Below are positions 29,275-37,629 of a DNA stretch of 64,000 nt, in pieces (position 1 is the stretch's first letter; each line of letters opens with the position of its first letter). The translations under genes were made by a program, and so were the position numbers. The notes under the pieces were generated by a model that saw only the letters and a list, made by a program, of their open reading frames with translations, did no database searches and was not told the origin of the DNA. Where the stretch lies: contig MTLY02000003.1 in NCBI GenBank assembly GCA_002011035.2, positions 384,001-448,000 of the forward strand, written 5' to 3'. The DNA comes from Candidatus Hecatella orcuttiae (GTDB lineage: Archaea > Thermoproteota > Bathyarchaeia > Hecatellales > Hecatellaceae).

Positions 29275-30450
29275 TTATATTTTTGACAACTCTTTTTCTC
29301 TCAGGATTAGTACGGCTCCAGTGAACTGGTTGTCTTGATTTTCGATGGGGGTAGTGTAAATGAACGTTCTCAGAGGGCTTCCTCCTTTCTTCAGGAACTC
29401 AAATTCATGAACTTCATCGAACCTATGTTTCCGCCTGTTTTTTATGCTATGGAGAATTTTTCCCCATCTCTGACTGCAGAACTCCTCAAGATTCTTGCCC
29501 ACCATCTCCTTTGATGTGTATCCGAGCATCTCAGCAGTCCTTGGGCTGACATATGTAGTGTTGAACTCTGCGTCTACAAGCCATAAGCCTGTCTCTCCTT
29601 TCATGGCTGACGTCCTCTTTGGGGGAAGTTTTGTTTTTAACAGGGTATCCACAAGTTTAAAGGGGTCCGCTGAGCTCCACATTTCCTCGAAGAATCTTTG
29701 GTATAGCCTTGTCCAACCTTTGCTGTTCAGCCATATATCTCTACAGCAAGAGTTCGATGGCCATCTTTCCATGTCTATTGCTATTCCGACAATGGTCCAT
29801 TTATCATCAATAATCATCGTGTGAAAGGGGATTCTGGAAATTTGTCTTAACTCTGCAAACTTATTGCAGATTTCAACCTCGCGGATGATTGTCTCGTCAA
29901 CCTCCGTAAGTATCCTCACCGGCATCCTGTGAGAGCATTTTCTTAATATGTCAACGAGACCATGATACTCCGCCAGATAAAGACCTGCCCCTGGCACCAT
30001 GTAGTCTATTTTGTTTTCCGCCGATTTACATAATGCGATCTTTTTACTATAGACTTGTTTCATTCCAGTCAAAATTTGTATGCCTTCTCTTTCTTCTCTC
30101 TCTTCTTCTTTCTCCTCACTTACTGCTTTCAGAGCGTCGACGAGCCTAGCTTTGTTAGATGCTATTCTGTTCACTCTTTCTCTTTCAGCCGCTAATAACC
30201 AATCTACAAGCATCTCAGGTTTAACGGCTTTAAATTTTTTAGGCCGTTCCAATAAAGACTGGATAAGTTCCCGTCCTTCAAGCTTCTTAAGTATGCGGTA
30301 GACTTCAGGCCGAGGGATTCCTGCCCGACGGGCTAACTGGTTTGCGGTTAGGTCTGAGCTATATTTTATTAGTGTAACCAGTACTTTAATGTCGTTTCCA
30401 GATAAGCCGAACTCGCTTAGGTTCTGTACAATTTCTTGTTCTTTACTCAA
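29275..30450 (-). CDS. TrmB-family regulator with C-terminal PAS domain
   Basis: LSEFGLS...GIPRPEVYRILKKLE HTH; PLD-like IIDDK effector domain; PAS-like GLWLVD..TTYVSPRTAEMLGY. Confidence 0.8.
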   Translation of the reverse strand: MSKEQEIVQNLSEFGLSGNDIKVLVTLIKYSSDLTANQLARRAGIPRPEVYRILKKLEGRELIQSLLERPKKFKAVKPEMLVDWLLAAERERVNRIASNKARLVDALKAVSEEKEEEREEREGIQILTGMKQVYSKKIALCKSAENKIDYMVPGAGLYLAEYHGLVDILRKCSHRMPVRILTEVDETIIREVEICNKFAELRQISRIPFHTMIIDDKWTIVGIAIDMERWPSNSCCRDIWLNSKGWTRLYQRFFEEMWSSADPFKLVDTLLKTKLPPKRTSAMKGETGLWLVDAEFNTTYVSPRTAEMLGYTSKEMVGKNLEEFCSQRWGKILHSIKNRRKHRFDEVHEFEFLKKGGSPLRTFIYTTPIENQDNQFTGAVLILREKELSKI

Positions 30451-30506
30451 AATAATGTCCTTAACATTGTTATCGATGTTGTAACTTAAAAAGGTTACAC
30501 TACTTT

Positions 30507-30821
30507 ATGACAGATGACCGATTTAATACCCTTAATAAGAGAATGTTGGATTTGAAGATCGAGAAAATCGGAAAAACCACAACCGTAGCTGTGCTAATTT
30601 TGATATTCCAAGCCGGCTCCGTGAGGCATAGGGACATAGCTAAACATGTTCCAAGCAGAGGGGCTTTATCTTCAGCTCTGAACTCTCTGCTGGAAGAAAA
30701 ACTCGTAACACGTCAAGTGAACACCGAATCCATGCCAGCTCAAACCTACTACACCATAACCGAGAAAGGCAGGGAAGTGGCGAGAAGATTTGATGAAATC
30801 ATAGATATCTTAAAAGGCTGA
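30507..30821 (+). CDS. HxlR/MarR-type winged-helix regulator
   Basis: LSSALNSLLEEKLVTR....P..T.YTITEKG. Confidence 0.7.
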   Translation: MTDDRFNTLNKRMLDLKIEKIGKTTTVAVLILIFQAGSVRHRDIAKHVPSRGALSSALNSLLEEKLVTRQVNTESMPAQTYYTITEKGREVARRFDEIIDILKG

Positions 30822-30906
30822 AAAACATTCCCTTTCTTGTAACTATGATATCTGACAAACACAAGTTTTTGAGTATCCGACAATCATTAGATTATAGGTC
30901 TTAGAA

Positions 30907-31443
30907 ATGAATAAAACCTCCATTATTCACAATATTCAAAGTAACGAGCAAATGAAGATGAAAAATTTAAGATACGAACAGGAGATCATCGAGTTTTTCT
31001 CACTTTTTAGAGAGAATAAAGCGATCAGCATACCTCTTGAGGCCTTCATGGATTTCAAGAAGGCTTTAAAGGACTGTTTTGGCTCCGGGGGAGTTGTAAT
31101 CTTAAGTGAGATGGGAAAAGGCCATGGCATATATTCAACCAAGCGTTTACTGGATGAACATCCTAATAGACCCAGCTTGCTAGAAGTCATAACCAGCTAC
31201 AAGCAAAAGGAGGGATGGGGGAACATGGAATTTAGAATGAAACCTTCCGAAGCGGAAGTTATTATAACTAAAAGCTTCGAGGCGGAGTATCATGAGAGGT
31301 CCAAAGAACCTGTTTGCCACTTCTTGAGAGGCTACCTAGAAGGGGTCATAAGCCAAATCGTCGGCAAAGAGATAAAAGTTTCGGAAATCCGCTGCAAAGC
31401 AACAGGGAACGAGACCTGCGTTTTCAAAATACAACCGCCATAG
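30907..31443 (+). CDS. V4R (4-vinyl reductase) domain protein
   Basis: GWG, SFEA, PVCHFLRGYLEG, E..CKATG..TCVF. Confidence 0.85.
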   Translation: MNKTSIIHNIQSNEQMKMKNLRYEQEIIEFFSLFRENKAISIPLEAFMDFKKALKDCFGSGGVVILSEMGKGHGIYSTKRLLDEHPNRPSLLEVITSYKQKEGWGNMEFRMKPSEAEVIITKSFEAEYHERSKEPVCHFLRGYLEGVISQIVGKEIKVSEIRCKATGNETCVFKIQPP

Positions 31444-31603
31444 GGCGTATTGATAGTTCTATCATCATAGTTTTAGTAGTTTCCAGCAAACATCTATGAC
31501 CTGTTAATCTAAGCCCAACAGCATTTAAAAGAGAAAATTATAAAGAATTTAATCTCCAGCCAGCACCCATAAGTAAAATGGGTGAGGAACCGAACCTGAA
31601 GTT

Positions 31604-31704
31604 TGGAGCCCCGGGCGGGGTTTGAACCCGCGACCTTAGCCTTACCAAGGCCACGCGCCACCAGGCTGCGCCTACCCGCCCTTGCTTCGTAAGGGAACCG
31701 GGGC
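31604..31704 (-). tRNA. tRNA-Thr(GGT) with non-canonical 24-nt intron at position 8/9 (31673-31696), encoded CCA
   Basis: After removing the intron: acceptor GCCCCGG/CCGGGGC, D-stem GCGC/GCGC, anticodon GGT (31644-31646), T-arm GCGGG-TTCAAAC-CCCGC, T73; BHB geometry at both junctions. Confidence 0.9.
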
Positions 31705-31794
31705 ATCTGCTCCGGGGCTTCAGGCTACGCTTTAAGTGTAGGATAAAATGAATATAAGAATTAAGTTCAACTCCCCAGGGGGATGGGTTCTCGG

Positions 31795-34725
31795 CTAGGC
31801 TAGGTGGACGGATATGTAGTGAAGCTCCACCACGCCTCCCTCCGATATCAGGATGCCGAAGTTCACCGTGGAGTCTTCAACCCACATCAGCACCTTATTC
31901 GCATCCCAGCCCCACTGCTGTATGAAGGATAAGATCATCCCCCTAGTTAGGCTCCATTGGTCTGAGGAGAGGTAGGAGGTTTCCCCTTCATGGAAGGTGA
32001 CATCCGGGCTTATCGCCTCAGGCTTCACGACGGTCATGTTCTTCACCTCGTTGCTTTTGAACAGGTCTAATATGTCGCCTATTCTTTCTTCCAAGGTTTT
32101 CTCCTCCACCACAACGGGCTGCTCTGCTCCCGGCAGCTTGGCTAGGAAGGCTTTGAAGGCTTCTTCGCTGCTGTCTCCCAGCCCCACATAATATTCGGCT
32201 GTGAAGTAGGCTCCCACGCAGGCCACTTTGCCCAATGCGGTGATCACCGCTTCGCCGGCTGCCGGGGCGGTGTAGATGGGGATGAAATAGACGTCATGGT
32301 CGCCTACCCTGTAAAGGATGTTGTCTCCCACACGCGGGTCGCGCAGGAGGGTTCTTAGAACGCGGAAGTCAGGGTCTTTCTCCAGTGTTTCAATAGCCCC
32401 TGAGGGGCCCAGTAGCTTTATCGGCGCATCCTCAGCCACCCGGTAGTAGTGCATCTCACCCAAGTAAGGCCAATCGTTTCGCACTAGGATGTAGCCGACT
32501 AGGTTCTTCGTTATGGCGCCTCGACGTTCCAAGGAGAGGAGGCCGACAAATTCGGGTTCCTCGAAGTTCGGAGGCTGAGCTATGATGTAGTAGGTGTCCA
32601 GCCCTTCAGGCACTGCGAGGAATTCTTTGGCTTCGATGAAGGTTCTGGGGTCCGTGACATGGTAAGTATTGTACATGTCCACCCGCCACTCGAAAAGTTC
32701 CTTGGGATATCTTAACTGCTTTTCAAGCCACTCAGGCACCTCTGCGGTGACATGTTCTGAGTAAGTCCGCCGGAACAGGTCGCTGAAAAAGTCGTCTCCA
32801 AGGACTATCAGCCTAATGCTCCCCGTGTATATGTCGATGAGGGCATAGCCCACCAGCCTCATGAAAGGGTTTCGAACACTCCAAGGGACTTTTCCTGTGT
32901 CAAGGCTGACGATGAGGGGCATGAGGTAGTAAGTCCGCTCCCCGTCTGTCACCGGAAGCATGTCCACACGCTTCCCCATCCACTCGTATAAGACCACCCG
33001 TCTCGCTCCCCATTCATACACGAAATACGGGAAGAGCAGACTCATCCGGTCATAGACATCCCTATACCTGAGCACATGAATCGTTTTGTCACGGTAGGAT
33101 AGGAAAAATATGAAATCGAAAAACCAGCTTAAAGGCGGCGGAACACTCAACCCCCCTAACTTTCCGCCCACATAGGCAGAGGGCTTGTCGCGGTCGTAGA
33201 AATGACCCCCTAACTCGTCGCTTTTCGAGCGTTCGAGAGGATAGGCTGCCCAAACCTCCTTGAAAAGGCCGCCTTCGCCATAGTAGATCTTCCGCTGTTT
33301 GAAGAACTGCGAAGTGTCCACGATCACGCCTTCATGGCCGTCTAAAAGCAGGAAGCCGATGGGGGCGTGGGTGTAAACAAGATGCTCATTGTACCATCTG
33401 TCCTCTGGAAGCACTGTGGGAGGCAGGACGAGTTTCATGGAAGCGCTCCAATAGAGATTTCCGTGAAAGCGGATGATGTCTGAATCCTCATAGTCCAGGT
33501 AGGGTATCGGCCCGATTTCAGGCTTCAACTTTGCGAAGGCAGCGTCCCGGTCCCAAAGGCGTATTTTGCTCAGCAAGTTTCTGTGCTCTGAGACATAGGC
33601 GTCCATCTGGTCGCTGGCAACCGTTACGATGCTGACGTTATAAGGTATCTCCCTTACTCCCCGTTGAGGATGAGCCAGCTCCGCGAGTTCGCGGTTCACC
33701 GTAATCTGCTGGAGGGTGTAGGGGCCCCGCCACTCAACCTTTCGAGCGTCGGCGATGCTGTGGTTAACGGCCATGATGGAACTTACAACCAGCAGTATTA
33801 TGATGATGGCTAGAAAGCGGGTAAGAATAGGGCGCGGCGCTATCACTCTCAAGCCTCTGCCTTTAGCGCGGTCCATGTAGGCTAAAAGAGTGAACGCCAC
33901 ACCGGTTGCTCCAAGGCCTCCGACTGCATACTTGGTATTGTAGTCGATGTAGGCTGAGAAAAACACGTTGACCATGGACCAGAAAAGCGCTATGGCAATC
34001 AACGCTTCGATGGTTGAAACCCGCCAGCGAAACTGCAGCCGCTCCCCGCCCAACTCTCTCACGGAAGGCGTAGCAACCCTAATAATCTCTGTTACGCCTA
34101 CCAAGATGATCAGCCGGGCTCCCACTGCCCAAAGAACCGGCCTAACCACAAGGGTCAGAGCGGGTAGGAGAGGAATAACCGTCATCTGGGCGGCTGCGCT
34201 GTCCAAGCTGCCCGGGGAAACTACGAAGGGCAGCGTGAAAATTTCCCAGATTCGGCCTAGATTAGGATTCCAACCTTGTGTCATTCCAGCCACGGCCATG
34301 CCGAGAAACAGGTTTCTGAGCATCAGCATTCCGATTACAACTTTGGTAGCCTGCCAGGCAGCGAATTTAAACTTCGGCATCTGGAAAACTTTGAAGTCTA
34401 TGTAGTGGGCTGGTACAGCCTCCATGGCGCCGCGTTCCCGGATCGCCCTTAGGGCTAGCCGAACCGCCCACCAAGTGACGGATCTCCTATGTTTGAAGTC
34501 CACTCGGAAGAGGACGATGGGGGCGAGGATCAGTCCTCCTAGAAGGGAGAAGTAGATGGGGCGTATGTAGAGTTCTCCGAACTCCATGATGTTCAAAGCA
34601 AACCATACAACTTCATCTTGAACCGTCCATGCCACCAGCACGATCGCTAAGCCTGTGATTATTCGAATTAGACGCTGCTGGGCACGTTTGGAAATCCATC
34701 TGGACAGGCCGTATCTTTCGGACAT
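31795..34725 (-). CDS. UPF0182 family membrane protein
   Basis: 976 aa; N-terminal TM helices, KIRLWD, WYNEHLVYTH, IYYGE, LRYP..LF, YHVTDP. Confidence 0.8.
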   Translation of the reverse strand: MSERYGLSRWISKRAQQRLIRIITGLAIVLVAWTVQDEVVWFALNIMEFGELYIRPIYFSLLGGLILAPIVLFRVDFKHRRSVTWWAVRLALRAIRERGAMEAVPAHYIDFKVFQMPKFKFAAWQATKVVIGMLMLRNLFLGMAVAGMTQGWNPNLGRIWEIFTLPFVVSPGSLDSAAAQMTVIPLLPALTLVVRPVLWAVGARLIILVGVTEIIRVATPSVRELGGERLQFRWRVSTIEALIAIALFWSMVNVFFSAYIDYNTKYAVGGLGATGVAFTLLAYMDRAKGRGLRVIAPRPILTRFLAIIIILLVVSSIMAVNHSIADARKVEWRGPYTLQQITVNRELAELAHPQRGVREIPYNVSIVTVASDQMDAYVSEHRNLLSKIRLWDRDAAFAKLKPEIGPIPYLDYEDSDIIRFHGNLYWSASMKLVLPPTVLPEDRWYNEHLVYTHAPIGFLLLDGHEGVIVDTSQFFKQRKIYYGEGGLFKEVWAAYPLERSKSDELGGHFYDRDKPSAYVGGKLGGLSVPPPLSWFFDFIFFLSYRDKTIHVLRYRDVYDRMSLLFPYFVYEWGARRVVLYEWMGKRVDMLPVTDGERTYYLMPLIVSLDTGKVPWSVRNPFMRLVGYALIDIYTGSIRLIVLGDDFFSDLFRRTYSEHVTAEVPEWLEKQLRYPKELFEWRVDMYNTYHVTDPRTFIEAKEFLAVPEGLDTYYIIAQPPNFEEPEFVGLLSLERRGAITKNLVGYILVRNDWPYLGEMHYYRVAEDAPIKLLGPSGAIETLEKDPDFRVLRTLLRDPRVGDNILYRVGDHDVYFIPIYTAPAAGEAVITALGKVACVGAYFTAEYYVGLGDSSEEAFKAFLAKLPGAEQPVVVEEKTLEERIGDILDLFKSNEVKNMTVVKPEAISPDVTFHEGETSYLSSDQWSLTRGMILSFIQQWGWDANKVLMWVEDSTVNFGILISEGGVVELHYISVHLA

Positions 34726-34922
34726 TTTAAAACCTGTTCAGCTATTCCGCATAGATATACCTCCACGTTTATACTTAACCGTTTAGGGAGGCGAAAGTTT
34801 GAAGGGAATGAAAAGTTAAGCCGTAAGGAGGCTGCCCTCCATCCGTGGAGTCGCAGCCAGTCTCAAGCCTTCCCTAATTGTTTAAATTCTCTGACAGGGA
34901 ACCTATGGTGGAGGTTAGACCC

Positions 34923-35159
34923 ATGAGAGCCTACGTCCTGATCACCGCCAAGCCCGGGACCTCTGAGGAGGTTCTGAAGGCTGTTAAGGCCATGAGGAAA
35001 GTTAAAGGAGTGAAGGTGGCAGATTCCGTCTACGGCAGATTTGACGCCGTCATCGTCATCGAAGCCAAAGACCTGAAGGAACTTACCAAGGTTATCTACC
35101 AAGTCATCGAGAAGAATCCCAACGTAACCCACACTGAGACCCTCATAACCCTCTTCTAG
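34923..35159 (+). CDS. Stand-alone Lrp/AsnC ligand-binding (RAM) domain protein
   Basis: AYVLITAKPG...VYGRFDAVI...VTHTETLI; start taken at ATG 34923. Confidence 0.8.
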   Translation: MRAYVLITAKPGTSEEVLKAVKAMRKVKGVKVADSVYGRFDAVIVIEAKDLKELTKVIYQVIEKNPNVTHTETLITLF

Positions 35160-35377
35160 CCTTCACCGCCCACCGGCAGAAAGGCTGTGAGTAGGGAGGG
35201 GGTCTCTCACCCTATTTTTCAGCCTGAGCCTCGGGAGTTCGGGGTTTTCTTTCCCTCGCCATATGTTCAGCAGTTGGCGGTTATGTTGTTAAAATACACT
35301 TAATTATCTTTTTAATAATAAGTAGACCGAAGCTTGCTGCCGGTTGATGGAGACAGTTAAGAAACGGGAGGATATGG

Positions 35378-36439
35378 ATGGGAAGCGTAAAGGATCTGGA
35401 AATTGTAAAGAAGCCGACGAGAGAGGAGATGGGTATAGGGCGTTTCCATTTCTCCGATCGGTACTCGGTCTTCGACTGGGGGGAGATGCCGGATTTAATC
35501 GAAATGAAGGGTGCAGCTCTCTGCGTGATGGGCGCCTACTGCTTTGAGAAGCTGAAGGAAGACGGGATAAGAACGCATTACAGGGGACTGGTAACAACCG
35601 AGGGAAAGCTCGTCGAAACCTGCGAGCTGGAAAAACCTGTCAATGTCATGGAAATCGACCTCGTAAACGTGCTTCGCCCTCGCTCCTACAAAGAGGAGGG
35701 GAAACTCAAATACGATTACAGCATGTTCACCCCAAGCTTAACCAATTTCCTTCTGCCCTTGGAAATAATATACCGAAACGGGCTGCCGGAAGGGTCGTCG
35801 GTTTTCAGGAGGTTGAAGCAGGGGCTTAAGCCGGAAGACCTTGGGTTAGATCACTATCCCCAGCCGGGGGAAAAACTGGAAAAACCCATCTTCGATGTGA
35901 GCACGAAGTTGGAGGAAAAAGACAGATACGTCACCTGGCCGGAGGCCGAGGAAATAGCTGGCTTAACCGACGAGGAGATGGAGGAGGTCAAAAACAAGCT
36001 GCTCCGCATAGACAGCCTAATCAGCGAGATCGCTGCAAAAGCTAACCTAAACAACGAGGATGGAAAAATCGAGTTCGCATTCGACAACCGCAGGAGACTA
36101 ATGGTTGTGGACGTGGTCGGCACCTTGGACGAGTGCAGATTCACCTACAAAGGTTTGCACGTGAGCAAGGAGATTGCAAGGCAGTTTTACAAAAAAACGA
36201 AATGGTACAGAGACGTAGAGGAAGCGAAAAAAGAAGCCGACGCCAAAGGGATTAAAAACTGGAAAAGCATATGCAAATCCAAGCCGCCGAAGTTGAACCC
36301 TAAATTGAAGAGGATCATACGCAACCTCTACATGGCAACGGCGAACGAATGCACGGGACTCGACTTGTTTGATGCGCCTCGTCTCGCGGACACGGTGAAG
36401 GAATACCGAGAATATCTGGGTGAGAATGATGGACCGTAA
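35378..36439 (+). CDS. purC: SAICAR synthetase (long archaeal form)
   Basis: MGSVKD, FSDRYSVFDWG, STKLE, DGKIEF, DVVGTLDECRF, SKE. Confidence 0.9.
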   Translation: MGSVKDLEIVKKPTREEMGIGRFHFSDRYSVFDWGEMPDLIEMKGAALCVMGAYCFEKLKEDGIRTHYRGLVTTEGKLVETCELEKPVNVMEIDLVNVLRPRSYKEEGKLKYDYSMFTPSLTNFLLPLEIIYRNGLPEGSSVFRRLKQGLKPEDLGLDHYPQPGEKLEKPIFDVSTKLEEKDRYVTWPEAEEIAGLTDEEMEEVKNKLLRIDSLISEIAAKANLNNEDGKIEFAFDNRRRLMVVDVVGTLDECRFTYKGLHVSKEIARQFYKKTKWYRDVEEAKKEADAKGIKNWKSICKSKPPKLNPKLKRIIRNLYMATANECTGLDLFDAPRLADTVKEYREYLGENDGP

Positions 36440-37526
36440 ACTCATCCAAAAACTCGTAGCAGACTACAACCCCGAAGAGATCAGAGTAGGAGTGTTAGGT
36501 TCGCATTCTGCATTGGAGATCGGCTACGGAGCCAAACAGGAAGGGCTTGAGACGGTTGTCGTTTGTCAAGAAGGAAGAGACCGAACCTACACGAAATACT
36601 ACAAAAACCTGTTTGACCATATGTTGCTTTTAGACAAATTCTCCGACGTCGTCAACGGAGAAAACCAAGACAGGCTGAGGGAATTGAACACCATCTTCGT
36701 GCCGAACAGGTCTTTCTCGGTCTATGTAGGATATGATAACATAGAAGAACAGTTTTCCGTTCCGATTCTGGGGAACAGGTACATTCTGAGAAGCGAAGAA
36801 AGAAACGTTGCGAAAAATCAGTATTATCTGCTGGAAAAAGCAGGTATACGCACACCCAAAACATTCCGATCCCCCCAAGAGATAGATCGGCTGGTGATAG
36901 TGAAGGTTCCTGAAAAGAAAAGGAGAATGGAGAGAGCTTTCTTCTACGCTTCAACCCCCGAAGAATTTGAAAGAAAAGCTGAGGAGAGGATTGAAAAAGG
37001 AATAATCGACAGAGAAGACTTGGATGAGGCTGTGATAGAAGAGTACGTGATAGGGGCGAAGTTCAACGCCAACTATTTCTGGTCACCGATAACCGGCGAA
37101 ATCGACTTTCTCGGATTCGACAGAAGGATTCAAACCAACTTGGACGGAGTCCTAGACCTACCTGCCGAGGAACAGTTGGAGGCGAGAATACCGTCGCAAA
37201 ACATAGAGATAGGGCATATGGGAGCTACTATGAGGGAATCGCAGCTGGAGAAAATATTTGAAGCTGGGGAAAAATTCGTCGAAGTATGCAAAAAAGAATA
37301 CCCCCCCGGCATAATAGGGCTTTTCGCTCTGCAGGGAGCTATAACCAAAGACCTAGAATTCTGCGTCTTCGATGTGAGCCCCAGGATACCGGGATGCCCA
37401 TGCGTAGAGCCTACTTCCCCGTACATGAAGTACAAATACGGAAAAGAAATAGGCCCGGGGAGAAGAGTTGCAATGGAGATTAAGCAGGCGGTTAAAAAAA
37501 GTCGGCTTGAAGACATCGTTACCTAA
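36420..37526 (+). CDS. purP: PurP-family formate-AICAR ligase homologue (ATP-grasp)
   Basis: GSHSALEI, FVPNRSF, DRRIQTNLDG, GLFALQG. Confidence 0.85.
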   Translation: MRMMDRKLIQKLVADYNPEEIRVGVLGSHSALEIGYGAKQEGLETVVVCQEGRDRTYTKYYKNLFDHMLLLDKFSDVVNGENQDRLRELNTIFVPNRSFSVYVGYDNIEEQFSVPILGNRYILRSEERNVAKNQYYLLEKAGIRTPKTFRSPQEIDRLVIVKVPEKKRRMERAFFYASTPEEFERKAEERIEKGIIDREDLDEAVIEEYVIGAKFNANYFWSPITGEIDFLGFDRRIQTNLDGVLDLPAEEQLEARIPSQNIEIGHMGATMRESQLEKIFEAGEKFVEVCKKEYPPGIIGLFALQGAITKDLEFCVFDVSPRIPGCPCVEPTSPYMKYKYGKEIGPGRRVAMEIKQAVKKSRLEDIVT

Positions 37527-37629
37527 GACATTTTTGCGGCTGGGGTTTAAATTTCACCAAAAGGCGTAAACAGCGGAAAAGAGAAGATATGGGTGAAAGC
37601 TTCCCGCTTTTAAACTGGGTGGTGGTGGA

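Larger units (their letters stand above)
16013..31603. mobile_element. tRNA-bounded genomic island for amine catabolism; may be composite or decayed
   Basis: Bounded by the 3' ends of tRNA-Gly and tRNA-Thr; visibly AT-richer than the flanks except aor; contains gene remnants; no intact integrase or att repeat seen. Confidence 0.6.

Noticed and set aside
31705-31718. Upstream GCCCCGG as the true tRNA 5' end with a second intron
   Set aside because: I could not draw BHB geometry for that junction, while the downstream copy gives a good BHB and T8.
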